From Macrostomum lignano (Eukaryota), in the NCBI GenBank assembly GCA_002269645.1, contig NIVC01000112.1, forward strand, positions 268,520-332,519: 64,000 nucleotides of DNA. Reading direction: 5' to 3'. Both the position numbers and the translations under genes were made by a program. The notes under the pieces were generated by a model. The model saw only the letters and a program-made list of their open reading frames with translations, did no database searches and was not told the origin of the DNA. This document shows, in pieces, positions 1 through 10,941 of the stretch; position 1 is the first letter of the stretch; the number at the start of each line of letters is the position of its first letter.

Positions 1-396
1 CTTATCAGCGAATCGGTATACAGTGCACAGAGTGGGTGAGTAGTTAGTTACAATGAAGCCAAACTGACCACCGCTGATCCAAGGCAGGCCGCGGCGAAGA
101 AACTGGCTCAGTACGCCACCCACGAGCAGGTAGGCGCTGTCGGCGATCGCCATGGCGCCCAGGTAGACATTGAGTCGAGTGCGCTCGGCTCCGTGACCCA
201 GCGTGACCCACACGGTGGCGCAGTTACCGAACAGACCGGACACCGTCACCAGAGGCAGCAGGAGGCCCGTCACAACTCCGTAGGCTGTGCTGATCGGACA
301 GAAGATGTGCCGGTTGGGCGCCTCGGGGAGGCAGTCGACGATGGCGCTGCTCAGGCTGGCGTAGAAGCTCGTTTCTGGGGCGGAGGAGTTGGCCAT
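1..396 (-). CDS. Rhodopsin-class GPCR, paralog 1 (N-terminal 132 codons; runs off the left edge)
   Basis: ATG at 396, open to position 1: MANSSAPETSFYASLSSAIVDCLPEAPNRHIFCPISTAYGVVTGLLLPLVTVSGLFGNCATVWV...LNVYLGAMAIADSAYLL. TM1 GN and TM2 LAxAD motifs present; colinear with the 15712-16881 ORF. Absent from the ORF track because there is no stop in the window. Confidence 0.85.
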   Translation of the reverse strand, partial: MANSSAPETSFYASLSSAIVDCLPEAPNRHIFCPISTAYGVVTGLLLPLVTVSGLFGNCATVWVTLGHGAERTRLNVYLGAMAIADSAYLLVGGVLSQFLRRGLPWISGGQFGFIVTNYSPTLCTVYRFADK

Positions 397-853
397 GTCT
401 TGCTCAAAGCGTCTAAGATGCTGCTCTTGATTGTCGTGAGGCGGCCCGTATATTTATGCTTTTTTCCATTCGGCCGCCTCTGCAAAATTTAATCTGGGCT
501 TAAGTCTTTTGAAAAAAGCTGGGTTGACAATTTACGAGTATTGCTTTGCTGCCTTTGATGGTAATTTAATATTTCAGCTTGTTTTTTTGGTGAGCATCAA
601 TTTTTCTGATTAATACAGCCATCAACATGAATTGCACTGCGTTCATCTTCACCCACCTAGATTTTTTCTGATGTGGCCAGTAAGCAAGAAAGCTGTTGAT
701 TGAATTGAAAACCCATCTTATTATCTAGATGTAACTGCTTTATCCCGAGATTAGCGTTGCCCTGGCGAAAGAGAAAGATTGATTTCAGTATCCAGCCCCG
801 CTGATAAAGACAATTGTAATTGCATGTGACGCCCTAGACTAGACAAAGAAAGA

Positions 854-1033
854 AAGATCTTTGTGTCAGAGTCGAGCGTAGTAAATCACAAGATCTTTGT
901 GTCAGAGTCGAGCGTAGTAAATCACAAGATCTTTGTGTCAGAGTCGAGCGTAGTAAATCACAAGATCTTTGTGTCAGAGTCGAGCGTAGTAAATCACAAG
1001 ATCTTTGTGTCAGAGTCAAGCGTAGTAAATCAC
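854..1033. repeat. 36-bp tandem repeat, 5 copies
   Basis: Unit aagatctttgtgtcagagtcgagcgtagtaaatcac, read directly. Confidence 0.95.
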
Positions 1034-1731
1034 ATCTGTGTCAGTGTCTGCGTGTGTCACATGGACCGTTTTCATTCCGTCATAGTCTGATAAGCGCACT
1101 TCGTCAGGACACGTTCATTCATCGGACTCCGCCATCAGCCCTCCCTAGCTTCACTCTCTAGGAGAACATCATCAAGTCTTCATTATGAATCGCAAGAGCA
1201 ACTCGATGTCTTGCTTTGAAAGATGCCTTGCATTATAATATATAGAAATGCAGCCTGTGGATTGTGCCGTCTCGGCCCGAGGAAGCATAGACATTTCTAT
1301 TGTGTCATACTTCGCGGGCCGCATCACTTCATTTCGGCCTGCTCCTAGATGCAGGGCTAAGCAAAGTATGCAGTTTTCGATATACCATCTTTACCATAGA
1401 CTATAATCCCGGGCCGAATCGTTGTTTCTGCCCGCAGCGTGGCTGAGTGCAAAAACTGGGGTAGGGGCTTCGCCCCCACATTTTAACCATAGATAAAATC
1501 AACCAGAGTCTGACTGCAGTTAAGTAGTGGATATCAGAATTCTTTTCATTCTGAATTTAACTTCGTTTTTTGTCAACCTGCTGAGCTAGAGAAAAATGAT
1601 CAATTTGTCAAGAATTGCGACTGGGATATCTGCGGACTCTATGGACTCTAATCAAGGCTGTAACAGGTCAGTGTTCAGTTGTTTTTGTAGTGTGCTAAGT
1701 TATAGATTATAGCATCTAAGTTATAGATTAT

Positions 1732-1990
1732 AGCAACAGATTATAGCGATGAATCCGTCAACCGATACACCAAGCGCATCTCTGAGAAGAGAAAGATCCA
1801 GGTTTCTCGCAGTCCCACGGAAGCATTGCACTCAGAGTCGAAGATGTCGAAGTTGGTTTTAATGGAGCACCGCCAGACGGAGTACAATGAGCCTGGCCCG
1901 TCGCGCAACCCAATAGCTACTCTGGAGAAGGATGGAGCTAAAATTAGCTTCTTTTTCTTGTAAAAGAGGCAAGCGGTGAATGGAAGCAAG
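1732..1990 (+). repeat. 259-bp direct repeat, copy A
   Basis: agcaacagattatagc...gaatggaagcaag recurs at 4025-4282; the copies differ by a 1-nt indel (taaaagagg vs taaagagg). Confidence 0.95.
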
Positions 1991-3644
1991 TCTCTGTTTG
2001 GCCATTGATGACTCCGACTTTCACCTTTTCGAGCGCTCCATGCACTCCAAGCGCTTCTGCTATCCCGATGTTGACGTAGCTCCTGGTACTGGCATCGTCG
2101 AGCAAGGCGTTCACCTTCAGCTTCCGGGACCCGTTCCGTAAGACTACAGGCACCGTTCGTAACGAGATTGCCGTTTCACCAGCCGACAGAAGCGTCACCG
2201 GTCCAGTCTTTCCTGAACTAGAAGCGGATTTAGCGTCCTTGGATGCAGTCTGCTTCGCTTCACCAGACTTGGCCAACGCTTTTTCTGCATGAAGCAAGCG
2301 ATGGTGGAACTTTATGCAGCTGTTGATGCCGCACCGACGACCGCGCCGACATTGGCTGCCAAGATGTCCTTGGCCCAAGCACCGGAAACAACACTTCGAG
2401 CTCTGCGCCGCGTCCCAGCGTTTTTCCACCGGAAGCTCCTTGAACTCACTGCAGGACCACAGCTCGTGATCACCTTGACAAACAATGCAAATCTTTCGCT
2501 GTACCTTCTTGTCACTGTCCGTAGTAACGAAAGTCTTTGGTCGCTGCTCTCGCTTTTGACGCTCCTGCTGCATGGTGGCAACGCCCTGCACAATCTCTGA
2601 CGCTTCAGTCTGAAACTCTGCTTCTTGCAGCACCCAAATTCTCAGATTTCTAACACTCTCCGGCTTCCGCTGCTCAAAGATCCACCTCCGGTAGCTGGCA
2701 ACCATCTGCTCAGGCAACTTTTTCTGCAGCCTCACATACAACATCCCATCTTGAAGCTCTGCCTCTTTACCCGCATCCTCAAGGTTAACGACAGCCACAT
2801 CCAGTAGATTAGCAAAGCTTTTCAGATCCTTGGCGTTTCCATTTCGCACGATCGGGAAGCTGTCCAGCTCTTCCAAGTGCAGAGCAAGTTGCCTACGCTG
2901 TCCACCAAATTCTCTCTCTAGTCTCTCTTTTGCAGCCTCATATGCAGCAGCGGAGTGTCCTAGATGTTCTATAACCTTCAAAGCTTCACCGCTGAGGTAC
3001 TGCCTAAGCTGCAGCAACTTGAATTCTGGTGTTGCAGGGGCGCTGTCGATGCACGCAACAAAGGCTGCCTTCCAGTTTTCATACTTCTGCTTTTCTCCAC
3101 TAAACGTTGGGATTTCAACACGCTTCAGCATCTTCCACAAATCCTTTGAAAGCTCCTTCGGGTTGGATCCTTTGCTGGACGCAGCACTGCCAGAAAGTTT
3201 GTCTAACTCACCAGCTGCTTCTTCTTGGTCACCCGCAGCGTTCTCACCGCTTGAACTCGCGGCAGGAGGGGCTTCTTGGGCGCGCTGCAATCCCCGGTTT
3301 CTGGAACTTTCGACGCGCTGAATGGCAGCTTGGTAGTCGCGCTCAGTCTCCTCCATCTCTTCTAGTAGGCGTTGTCGCCTCTCGTTGTCCTTGGCGTCGG
3401 CGTAGCCTTGATGCAGTTCTTCCTGGATGGCGCTGACCAGGTCCTGCAGGTCGGATAGAGCATCGCAGGTAGCTTGCACTTCGTCATCAGAGGCGCGCGT
3501 CTTTAGCAGCCAAGACAGTTTGTTTTTGCAACGAGTGAACGCTGCTTTTTTTCGGGATTTCTCGAAGCGCAGCTTCTCTAAACGCAGCGCGCCGGCATCG
3601 TCTTGGGCTTCCTGTTGTTGTTCATTGGCGTCGTCACTGTCCAT
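1944..3644 (-). CDS. Bel/Pao Gag (DUF1759-like) and N-terminal aspartic protease, truncated
   Basis: ATG at 3644 (MDSDD). IPTFSGEKQKYENWKAAF and LLQLRQYLSGEAL motifs; three Cys/His knuckles (CIVCQGDHELWSC, CFRCLGQGHLGSQC, CGINSCIKFHHRLLH); [11 protein letters not shown] protease motif. The last residues read into flanking DNA. Confidence 0.85.
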   Translation of the reverse strand: MDSDDANEQQQEAQDDAGALRLEKLRFEKSRKKAAFTRCKNKLSWLLKTRASDDEVQATCDALSDLQDLVSAIQEELHQGYADAKDNERRQRLLEEMEETERDYQAAIQRVESSRNRGLQRAQEAPPAASSSGENAAGDQEEAAGELDKLSGSAASSKGSNPKELSKDLWKMLKRVEIPTFSGEKQKYENWKAAFVACIDSAPATPEFKLLQLRQYLSGEALKVIEHLGHSAAAYEAAKERLEREFGGQRRQLALHLEELDSFPIVRNGNAKDLKSFANLLDVAVVNLEDAGKEAELQDGMLYVRLQKKLPEQMVASYRRWIFEQRKPESVRNLRIWVLQEAEFQTEASEIVQGVATMQQERQKREQRPKTFVTTDSDKKVQRKICIVCQGDHELWSCSEFKELPVEKRWDAAQSSKCCFRCLGQGHLGSQCRRGRRCGINSCIKFHHRLLHAEKALAKSGEAKQTASKDAKSASSSGKTGPVTLLSAGETAISLRTVPVVLRNGSRKLKVNALLDDASTRSYVNIGIAEALGVHGALEKVKVGVINGQTETCFHSPLASFTRKRS

Positions 3645-4025
3645 CTTGGTCCTTCGTTTCACAGTAGGATTCTATTGCTTGCCACGTCAGTGGTAAGTTA
3701 GGCCTGTCCAACCACGCTCTGCAACCAAAATGTACTGTAGAAATGAAAAGACCGATGGTCCGCCAAACTATTTTGGAGCTGAGGCTCAAGCGAGATGCTA
3801 ACAAAACGAAAAGCGTAAACCGTACACAGGGCTAATAAGTAATAAGCCCTCTCGATGATATATATATTGCAGTCAGTCAGAATCAGCCAGCGTGGAGGGG
3901 GGTGGGTGAGATGGGCCTGGGCTAAATCAGCGTACATAGAAAATTGAATAATAAACACGTACGTACATTAAATCACGCAGTGGAATTGGAAAGAAAATCA
4001 ATGCTACTAATCTACCTCCCAAACA
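1991..4025 (-). mobile_element. Truncated Bel/Pao LTR retrotransposon (5' LTR, PBS, gag and start of protease; no RT, IN or 3' LTR)
   Basis: Candidate LTR 3731-4025 with TG...CA ends; PBS TGGTTGCAGAGCGTGGTT at 3710-3727; gag ORF breaks off after the protease motif at about 1991. Confidence 0.85.
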
Positions 4026-4282
4026 GCAACAGATTATAGCGATGAATCCGTCAACCGATACACCAAGCGCATCTCTGAGAAGAGAAAGATCCAGGTTTCT
4101 CGCAGTCCCACGGAAGCATTGCACTCAGAGTCGAAGATGTCGAAGTTGGTTTTAATGGAGCACCGCCAGACGGAGTACAATGAGCCTGGCCCGTCGCGCA
4201 ACCCAATAGCTACTCTGGAGAAGGATGGAGCTAAAATTAGCTTCTTTTTCTTGTAAAGAGGCAAGCGGTGAATGGAAGCAAG
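4025..4282 (+). repeat. 258-bp direct repeat, copy B
   Basis: Copy of 1732-1990, abutting the LTR outer end. Confidence 0.95.
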
Positions 4283-5417
4283 ATGTGAACCTGTAACGGA
4301 CAATGAATTTTGCTAGCAATGTATGTGACAATTACATTTAATGGTTATTTGTTACAACTTTTAAGTATACGTTAGTTACGAGTACATATGTTATCCTCGA
4401 TCGTTCTGGCAAAAGTTTAACCATAGACTAGCCTCACATATCTTCATTTCGGCCCGCGATGTGGCCTGCGAAATCTAGACACAATACGAGGCGGTGTCCC
4501 AGAAGAGCGGCTTATTTTAGCTTTCATGCCACGAAAATCGAAAATCCAATTTTTATAAGTGCTTCCTGCGGAAAGCAGCATGCATTTGTTCGCATACCCT
4601 TAGCCATAGAAATACACACCGCATTGTGCTTCTAGAGCTGATCAAGCACAGAGTTGCAAGACAGCAGCTGCAAGATTTGTTCCACTCATCATGGGCCCTA
4701 ACTTTTGGATGAGTTGACAACACACTGCCGGCCGCCTCGCATTGTTCGATCCACCTGTAAACTGTCGCCGACTGATGGCATCGGGAGTCGGGACCGTGAA
4801 TGCGGGTCAGGTTTTCGTGAATGTCAGGGCATTTCCGACCAAGACTCCAAAGTGTAAAAATTGCCTGTCTCCGCCCTTCTGTGGAGTGAAAGTTCTATAT
4901 TATGTATGACGCTTCGTAGTATGACGCAAGTCATACATAATTAATCAATAGCTAGTTTATAGTAAACTTTGCGAGCAACTTCCATCAAAGAGGGCTAAAT
5001 GAAAAACATGCAAATCAATGCAAATCATGCAAATCAGTTAAAATTAAAAAACTCGCTATAATTGAAAAAGTATGCTCCAATGCAACAAGAAAAGTGATTT
5101 TAGAGTCTTGTATTCAAAATACATTTTAAGGGAAGTGGACTTAAAATTATGTGCATGCATTTAAGCTAGAGCTGGCCGCTACGTATTGGGATCAGAAGTT
5201 GATTATAACAAAAAATAGCAATTAGCAAAGAAAATATTGGTAATCAAAGAATACCTACGTACGATTTTGTTACTCCTAGTAGGAATAAATCAGTTGTTGA
5301 ATAAAATTTGTTGCAATGGCAAATATATGTACTTTCACAGCGCTAAATTTCCTACAACTCAGTAAGGCTAGTTGAAGTGCAATTAGGATTCAATAGGCTA
5401 AAGCTGAGTGCTCCTTG

Positions 5418-5806
5418 CCCGATAAAAACGGTACCCAGGCCAAGAAGCGTTCCGGAGTCACCTGCGTCGCCCCAGAGTCGTTTCAGACGCTTTACCACTC
5501 AGTGACTCTAGCTATAGCTAGTAGTGCGACTACTCTGGAACGCCGGCCTCAAATACGACTCTTTGGCCCCAGAATCGTTATACTGGCGCCCCGGAGTCGC
5601 TAGAGTCGCGCCAAAATCACTTGCGTCGCCCCCTCTCCCTCCAGAATCGTTCAGAATCGCAGACAATAAAATGTATCAAAGTGATTTTGGGGCGATTCTA
5701 ACGACTTTTTGGCGACTTGTACCGTGACATCTCGGATCGTTTTAGAGTCGTTTACCGAGTCACTTCTTACCTATTTGATCTATGTCTGGGTACCGTTTTC
5801 ATCGGG
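5418..5806. mobile_element. MITE / non-autonomous DNA transposon with 21-bp TIRs
   Basis: Left arm cccgataaaaacggtacccag (5418-5438) and right arm ctgggtaccgttttcatcggg (5786-5806), 1 mismatch. Internal gagtcg/cgactc subrepeats; no coding capacity; no clear TSD. Confidence 0.75.
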
Positions 5807-6509
5807 TTTTACAGCATTTTACCTTCCATTTCATTTAAACTCAACTTAATTTACTTTGGACATTCGGAAGTTCAACTTCGTTACTTCTAGCTAGGTCTAT
5901 ATACATGTAAGTCTACATTCATTATGTATCGTCAAACTGACGTTGACGATTTTGGATGTACGCTGACGAAAGTGAATCAGATTTTATAAAAGTTGCGTCA
6001 ACAGATTGTCGAAATGAATTGGAGTTCGACAAAAAATAAATGGAGTTTTGTCAGTGCCAACCACATATAGGCTCTCTTCACAATAAAATTTTGTGCTTGC
6101 TGTCGATATTGAAAAGGAGTTTGTCTAAAATAAATTTATAGATGTACATGTACATCTACAAAAATTGAAGTGTCGAATTTGCATGAACTTCCGATATTGT
6201 CTAAAGTGAATTAGAATTTGAATGAAATTGAAGGTAAAATGGTGCAACATGAAATACACTTTAGGGAATTTTAATTTTGCACGCAGGAAAAATGTTAGGC
6301 TTTGCAATTGAAAAATTTCTCGGACTTTTGGTTTTCCTGTTTTTTACTTGATCCGTTCTGGTGCGTTCCCATAATTTTTTTCAGAGCGCCAAAATAAGTG
6401 CCTTTAAATTACTAATTTTGTCAAGTTACTTAAAAATAGTGTATAGTATTCCAGTAATACCTGAACAATTGACAATCGCCACGCACTTTAAAGTTCCCAA
6501 TGTAGTGTA

Positions 6510-9383
6510 GTAGTGTAATTTTGGCTCAGGCAAGCAGCCTGTTTAGCCAGTATGGGCTTTGTATTTATGATTTAATTTTTAGATGCTAGGAATAATTGTT
6601 AAATTAGTCGAGGTAAATTACGAAGTATTGCTTTGACAACGAGATAAGATACGATCGAATAAAGCCAGATCGAAAAATCGAAAAAAAGTATGAGAACAAG
6701 TTTTTAAATTACCACAAAAGGGCGTAATGAAAGGTAACGATCGAGGTTTTTAATAAAAATTGGTTGTTCATTTAGGATATTATTAACACTATAAAAATAT
6801 GATAAGGACGCACCTTTTTTCAATCTTAGAACTGCACGTTTTGCTTCAATGCGCTTTTCCCCTACTGTCAGTAGGCTAGCTTAGGAATCTCTCTCCATTC
6901 TCTCATCCAGGCTAAGTTCTACACTAATTCATGCCATCACTATTAATTATGATAAATACTCAATGTACTTCTCTTAGGATTCTAATTTTGGATTGTTTTG
7001 GATGGTCAGACTGTCTGGGTTTGAGACGGATTGACCTCTAGCAGTCTAGACGGGCGACACTAAGTCTGGGAGGAATGGTTTCAACCCCATTCTGACCCCC
7101 AGATTTGCGGCTTTTTCACTGTTTTCAGTACTTTATGGCGGTCTAGCTGTCACTTTTGGCTCCAGCCTATCTGGGTCAATGAGGTCTTTCCAGCTTTCTC
7201 CCCACTCACTCTGTTACTTTCTCCTTTAATTTATGGGTGTTTTGCTGTCACTTTTGGCGCCAGGGTGTCTAGACTAGTGGCTTTTATTATGTTTTGCGCA
7301 TGATTTATGACCGCACCTGTCATCTTCCCTGGGGTCTGAAGGCCACCTGGTGGGGTGGGTTTTGGGGTCTTGAGCTCAGCCAATCAGAGTCGACCTGACT
7401 GCCCCCGGCTCGACCAATCAGAAAATTCGGCGCCTATTTTAACAAAAGCTCTCAGCCAAACGGAAAATTCGGCGTGCATTATAACAAATCGGCCGCGTGA
7501 GAGCTATAAAAGGCGGCAACTCGAACCGCGCTCGAGACACCCGCGCGACCTTTTGCGAACTGGTCGTTTAATCCCTGGCCTTTGTCCTTGCCAGGCCTTC
7601 TGGGGCGCTCGACTTGGCCTGATACTGCCTTCAGGCTCTTCCCCCTGCGGTCCTGCCGACCTGATCCTCCTTCCCCCGGCAGTTTCGGCTTCAACAGCTA
7701 AGTTCCCCCTGAGAAGCATCGTCAATATCTCCCGGCAGTGATCTAAGAGCAGCAACGACAACCGGCAAGTGAGGAGCAACAGCGTCGCGCGTCAGTTAAG
7801 ATCAGCAGCAGCATCCCATCCGAGCGCTTCGGTCTCTGTGGATTCCTTGGCCAGCGGCAGATAGGTCCTCTGATTGGTTTGGTGAGAGGCTCTCTTGACC
7901 TGCTTAACTGGGTGCACCCTTTGTCTGACCCCTTCCTAGGTAGTCTGATAGGATTTGCACTTTTGCTTACTTGCTTTTGTGTGCCAATCTCGAGGCAGAA
8001 GTGTCAGTTAATATTAAAAGTAGACATTTGCTCTAACTCAATCTAAAGTGTTTAGGATTGCGGATTAAGTGAGAAAGTTAAATCTGGAAGTTAAAGACTT
8101 AGCGTTTTCTTTCTTTTTCGCAATGCCAGCTGAGATGAGCGGCTAAATCTAGAGGCAGAGGTCACAGTGGACCGGAAGCGGCACAGTTCCCAGTCAATCA
8201 GACAATCTAAGAAATCATTATGTTAAGCATGCAAATTAGGAGCCAGACTGGCGCTTTGGCGCGGTCACTGGCAGTTAAGCGGCTAAAGTAAGTTAAAAAT
8301 TAGTCTAAAGATCTCCGAAAGTGACAATGCATCTACATCATCGCTATCTGTCGACGTGTTAACACATTTAATGCCAAAAGCGTGCAGTTACGTGTACTTA
8401 TACATGTACTTCTGGGAATTTGGTAATGAAATAGTACTTTTAGTAGTGTATGAAGGCTCGCCAGCGCAAGAACCCCCTGCAAAAGTCCTCTCTGTCCCTG
8501 CATGGCCAATGCGATCTTAGTCCCAGCAGCGTCCCTGCTATATTCGGCCATGACTTCGAGATAGACAGCTAAAAGACACTAGATCTGGCAGGTAAGTGTG
8601 CCCCTCTAGTCGGAAGTCCGATTTCGATAGCTCCGGTTTGGTGAGCCGGGGCGCACGGACTGGTGGCAGCGGGTTAGTTAATCTGCGGATTAGCTAATCA
8701 TATCTCTACCTTTCAAATTCTCCCTGCTTGTCTCTCACTGTCTTCTCCTAGCTAGGACCTTGCTGCTCGCCCACAATCTAGCTACCATGGGGCTGACCAT
8801 CTGACAGGAGTGAGAGGCCAGAGTTCTAAGAGATTCATTTCTGAATTCTGAGGCTCGAAGCTATAGGCTTAAAAAGGCCGAACCCATCAAATAATAATAA
8901 TAAATATTGATAATTAATTTTTAGTATGTCTCAAGATTTAAAAATGGTGTGAGAAAAAATGAACAAAAAATAACGCATTTAGTACAACTAGTAAACGCAT
9001 TTAGGTAAGCATTTTTTTGACAGAATCGATGCCGTAATATGCTTACGTTGTGCTACATCGATAAATTTGCAACCTTTGTCTGTCAAAAAACCCTGAGTAC
9101 ATTGTTTGCTTTTTACTAACTTTTCTTTTTCTTCTAGTATAACTGATTGACCTATATTGATTTTTTGTTAATAAATGCGTAGGCCCCCTATAGATACACT
9201 CGTATTTTTGTATATTTTTGTTATATAGGTAATAGTAGTGTTTGCATCGGATTTGAAAAATATTGTAAATTTGTGCTGTATAGAAATATGAAATTATCTA
9301 TTTCTAGCATCTAAAAATTAAATCATAAATACAAAGCCCATACTGGCTAAACAGGCTGCTTGCCTGAGCCAAAATTACACTAC
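6510..9383. mobile_element. 2.9-kb cassette bounded by 85-bp inverted repeats (putative non-autonomous DNA transposon)
   Basis: 6510-6594 is the reverse complement of 9299-9383 with 1 mismatch. No transposase ORF inside; TSD not resolved. Confidence 0.6.
7380..7512 (+). promoter_or_regulatory. Pol II promoter-like module: two CCAATCAG boxes and TATAAAAG
   Basis: CCAATCAG at 7380 and 7414, TATAAAAG at 7505-7512, followed by a GC-rich non-coding stretch. Confidence 0.55.
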
Positions 9384-10784
9384 ACACTAAACTACACACT
9401 ACTGTAAAGTTAAGTTAAATTCATGACGTTACTTTACGTGTAGTGCCGCTAGTGCTAGTGCGTACTACATGTGAGACTTGTGAGTCAACCTGATAAAGCT
9501 AAACAGTTCGAAGATGTGGCTTTTTGTGCACGTTCTACGAGCTATATATAATATCAAAATGCTTAACTGTTGGCTTAATTATAGTTTTATAAGGCCATGT
9601 GGGGTCATAATTTGCAAACTGTTTAGGCCCTATACACTTAGTTAGACTTAGGCCCCTATGACTTACGGAATTAGCAAATTAGCAACGCTAAATGTAAAAT
9701 GTCTAAAGCGGGAACCAACCAACTCGAACAATGGAACAAAGTATATTCCACTGTATTATGTAGTTACGTGGTTGAAACCTATGTTGTATGAAGACTTTTG
9801 TTTTACTAGGCCTATATGGGATGGTAGTGGTAGGCCCCTAGGTATCTTAATCTGACTATGTTAACTATGATGGCTATGGGTAGGCCCCTATGGGTCTGTG
9901 ACATGACATAGTTACTTAAAAAACCCAAAAATACTATAGGGCATAGCCATAGGCCTAGCCTACAGGCCTAGTCTAATTGGTCAATAGAATTTTATCTAAA
10001 AATACTCAGCAAAAATGTAAGAAAGTAACTTTTCTATATCTTTTTATCTATTTTTATAGTAGTTGTTATTTATATATAGTAGGCCTACCATATATTGCTA
10101 GTATTCATAAATACCTTGGGGCCTATAATTCATTAGCTTAGAGGCTATTCAATTAAAAAACATTTGTGCCATTTATGTCATTCTCTTATGAGATAGATTC
10201 ATATACTGTAGTAATAAAAATGATATTTTCTTACTAAACCTTTTAATTTCTTAGATCCAACAATTTCTATAAGACTTCCTTGTTATAGAAACCAAATATA
10301 AACTAGTCACAAAGTCTTTCCAAGTTGTGAACATATTTGTAGCCCTCTGATAATTGTTTCAGCCCACAACTTTAAGCCAAAATACTTTTATTGCTCTCTT
10401 TTGGTTTTTGCTTTTTTGTTTTGCTTTTTGGAACTTAAATCTATTAGCAAGTATAGACTTTTTGCCCTTAATTTTATTCTTTAATAGCTTTGCCAGAGCA
10501 TTGAAGGATTTGGTTTTTGCTTTGTCAAAAATAGATTGAAGATCTGCTTGCCAAATAGTGTCAAGAATCATACTTCTTGTTGGTTGACTAGCCATTTAAT
10601 TTAGGCCCTAGTGCTAATCTAAAAATGCTAGATCCATTGGTTTGGGTCTTTGCCATCATTGAATAGGTCCATCATTTCAGTTGGTAGCTTTGTGACCATT
10701 GTTAGACCTGTCCTTAGGTTTTAAAAAGAATTGAAAGTCTGATTGCCATTTTTTCTTTTGGCCTTTTTTGTTTTGGCTTATGCT

Positions 10785-10941
10785 TGGGTGCAACCTAGGG
10801 ATTCACCCAGCTGATCTATTGGCAACACACAGGTAAGTCACTATTAGACAAAATAGTAGTCATATGACTACTCTCAACCAATAGTGACTTACATGTGTGT
10901 GCTGCCAATAAAAATGGCTGGGTGATTTCCAAGGTTACCCA
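10785..10941. repeat. 157-bp imperfect palindrome (foldback / MITE-like)
   Basis: Arms of about 60 bp (10785-10845 and 10880-10941) around a perfect 18-bp palindrome, agtagtcatatgactact (10855-10872). Confidence 0.75.

Noticed and set aside
854-1033. CRISPR-like 36-bp repeat
   Set aside because: The units are head-to-tail with no spacers, the context is eukaryotic, and there are no cas genes.
815-1171. Possible solo LTR around the 36-bp repeat
   Set aside because: TG and CA candidates exist, but no pair gives a matching TSD and there is no partner LTR.
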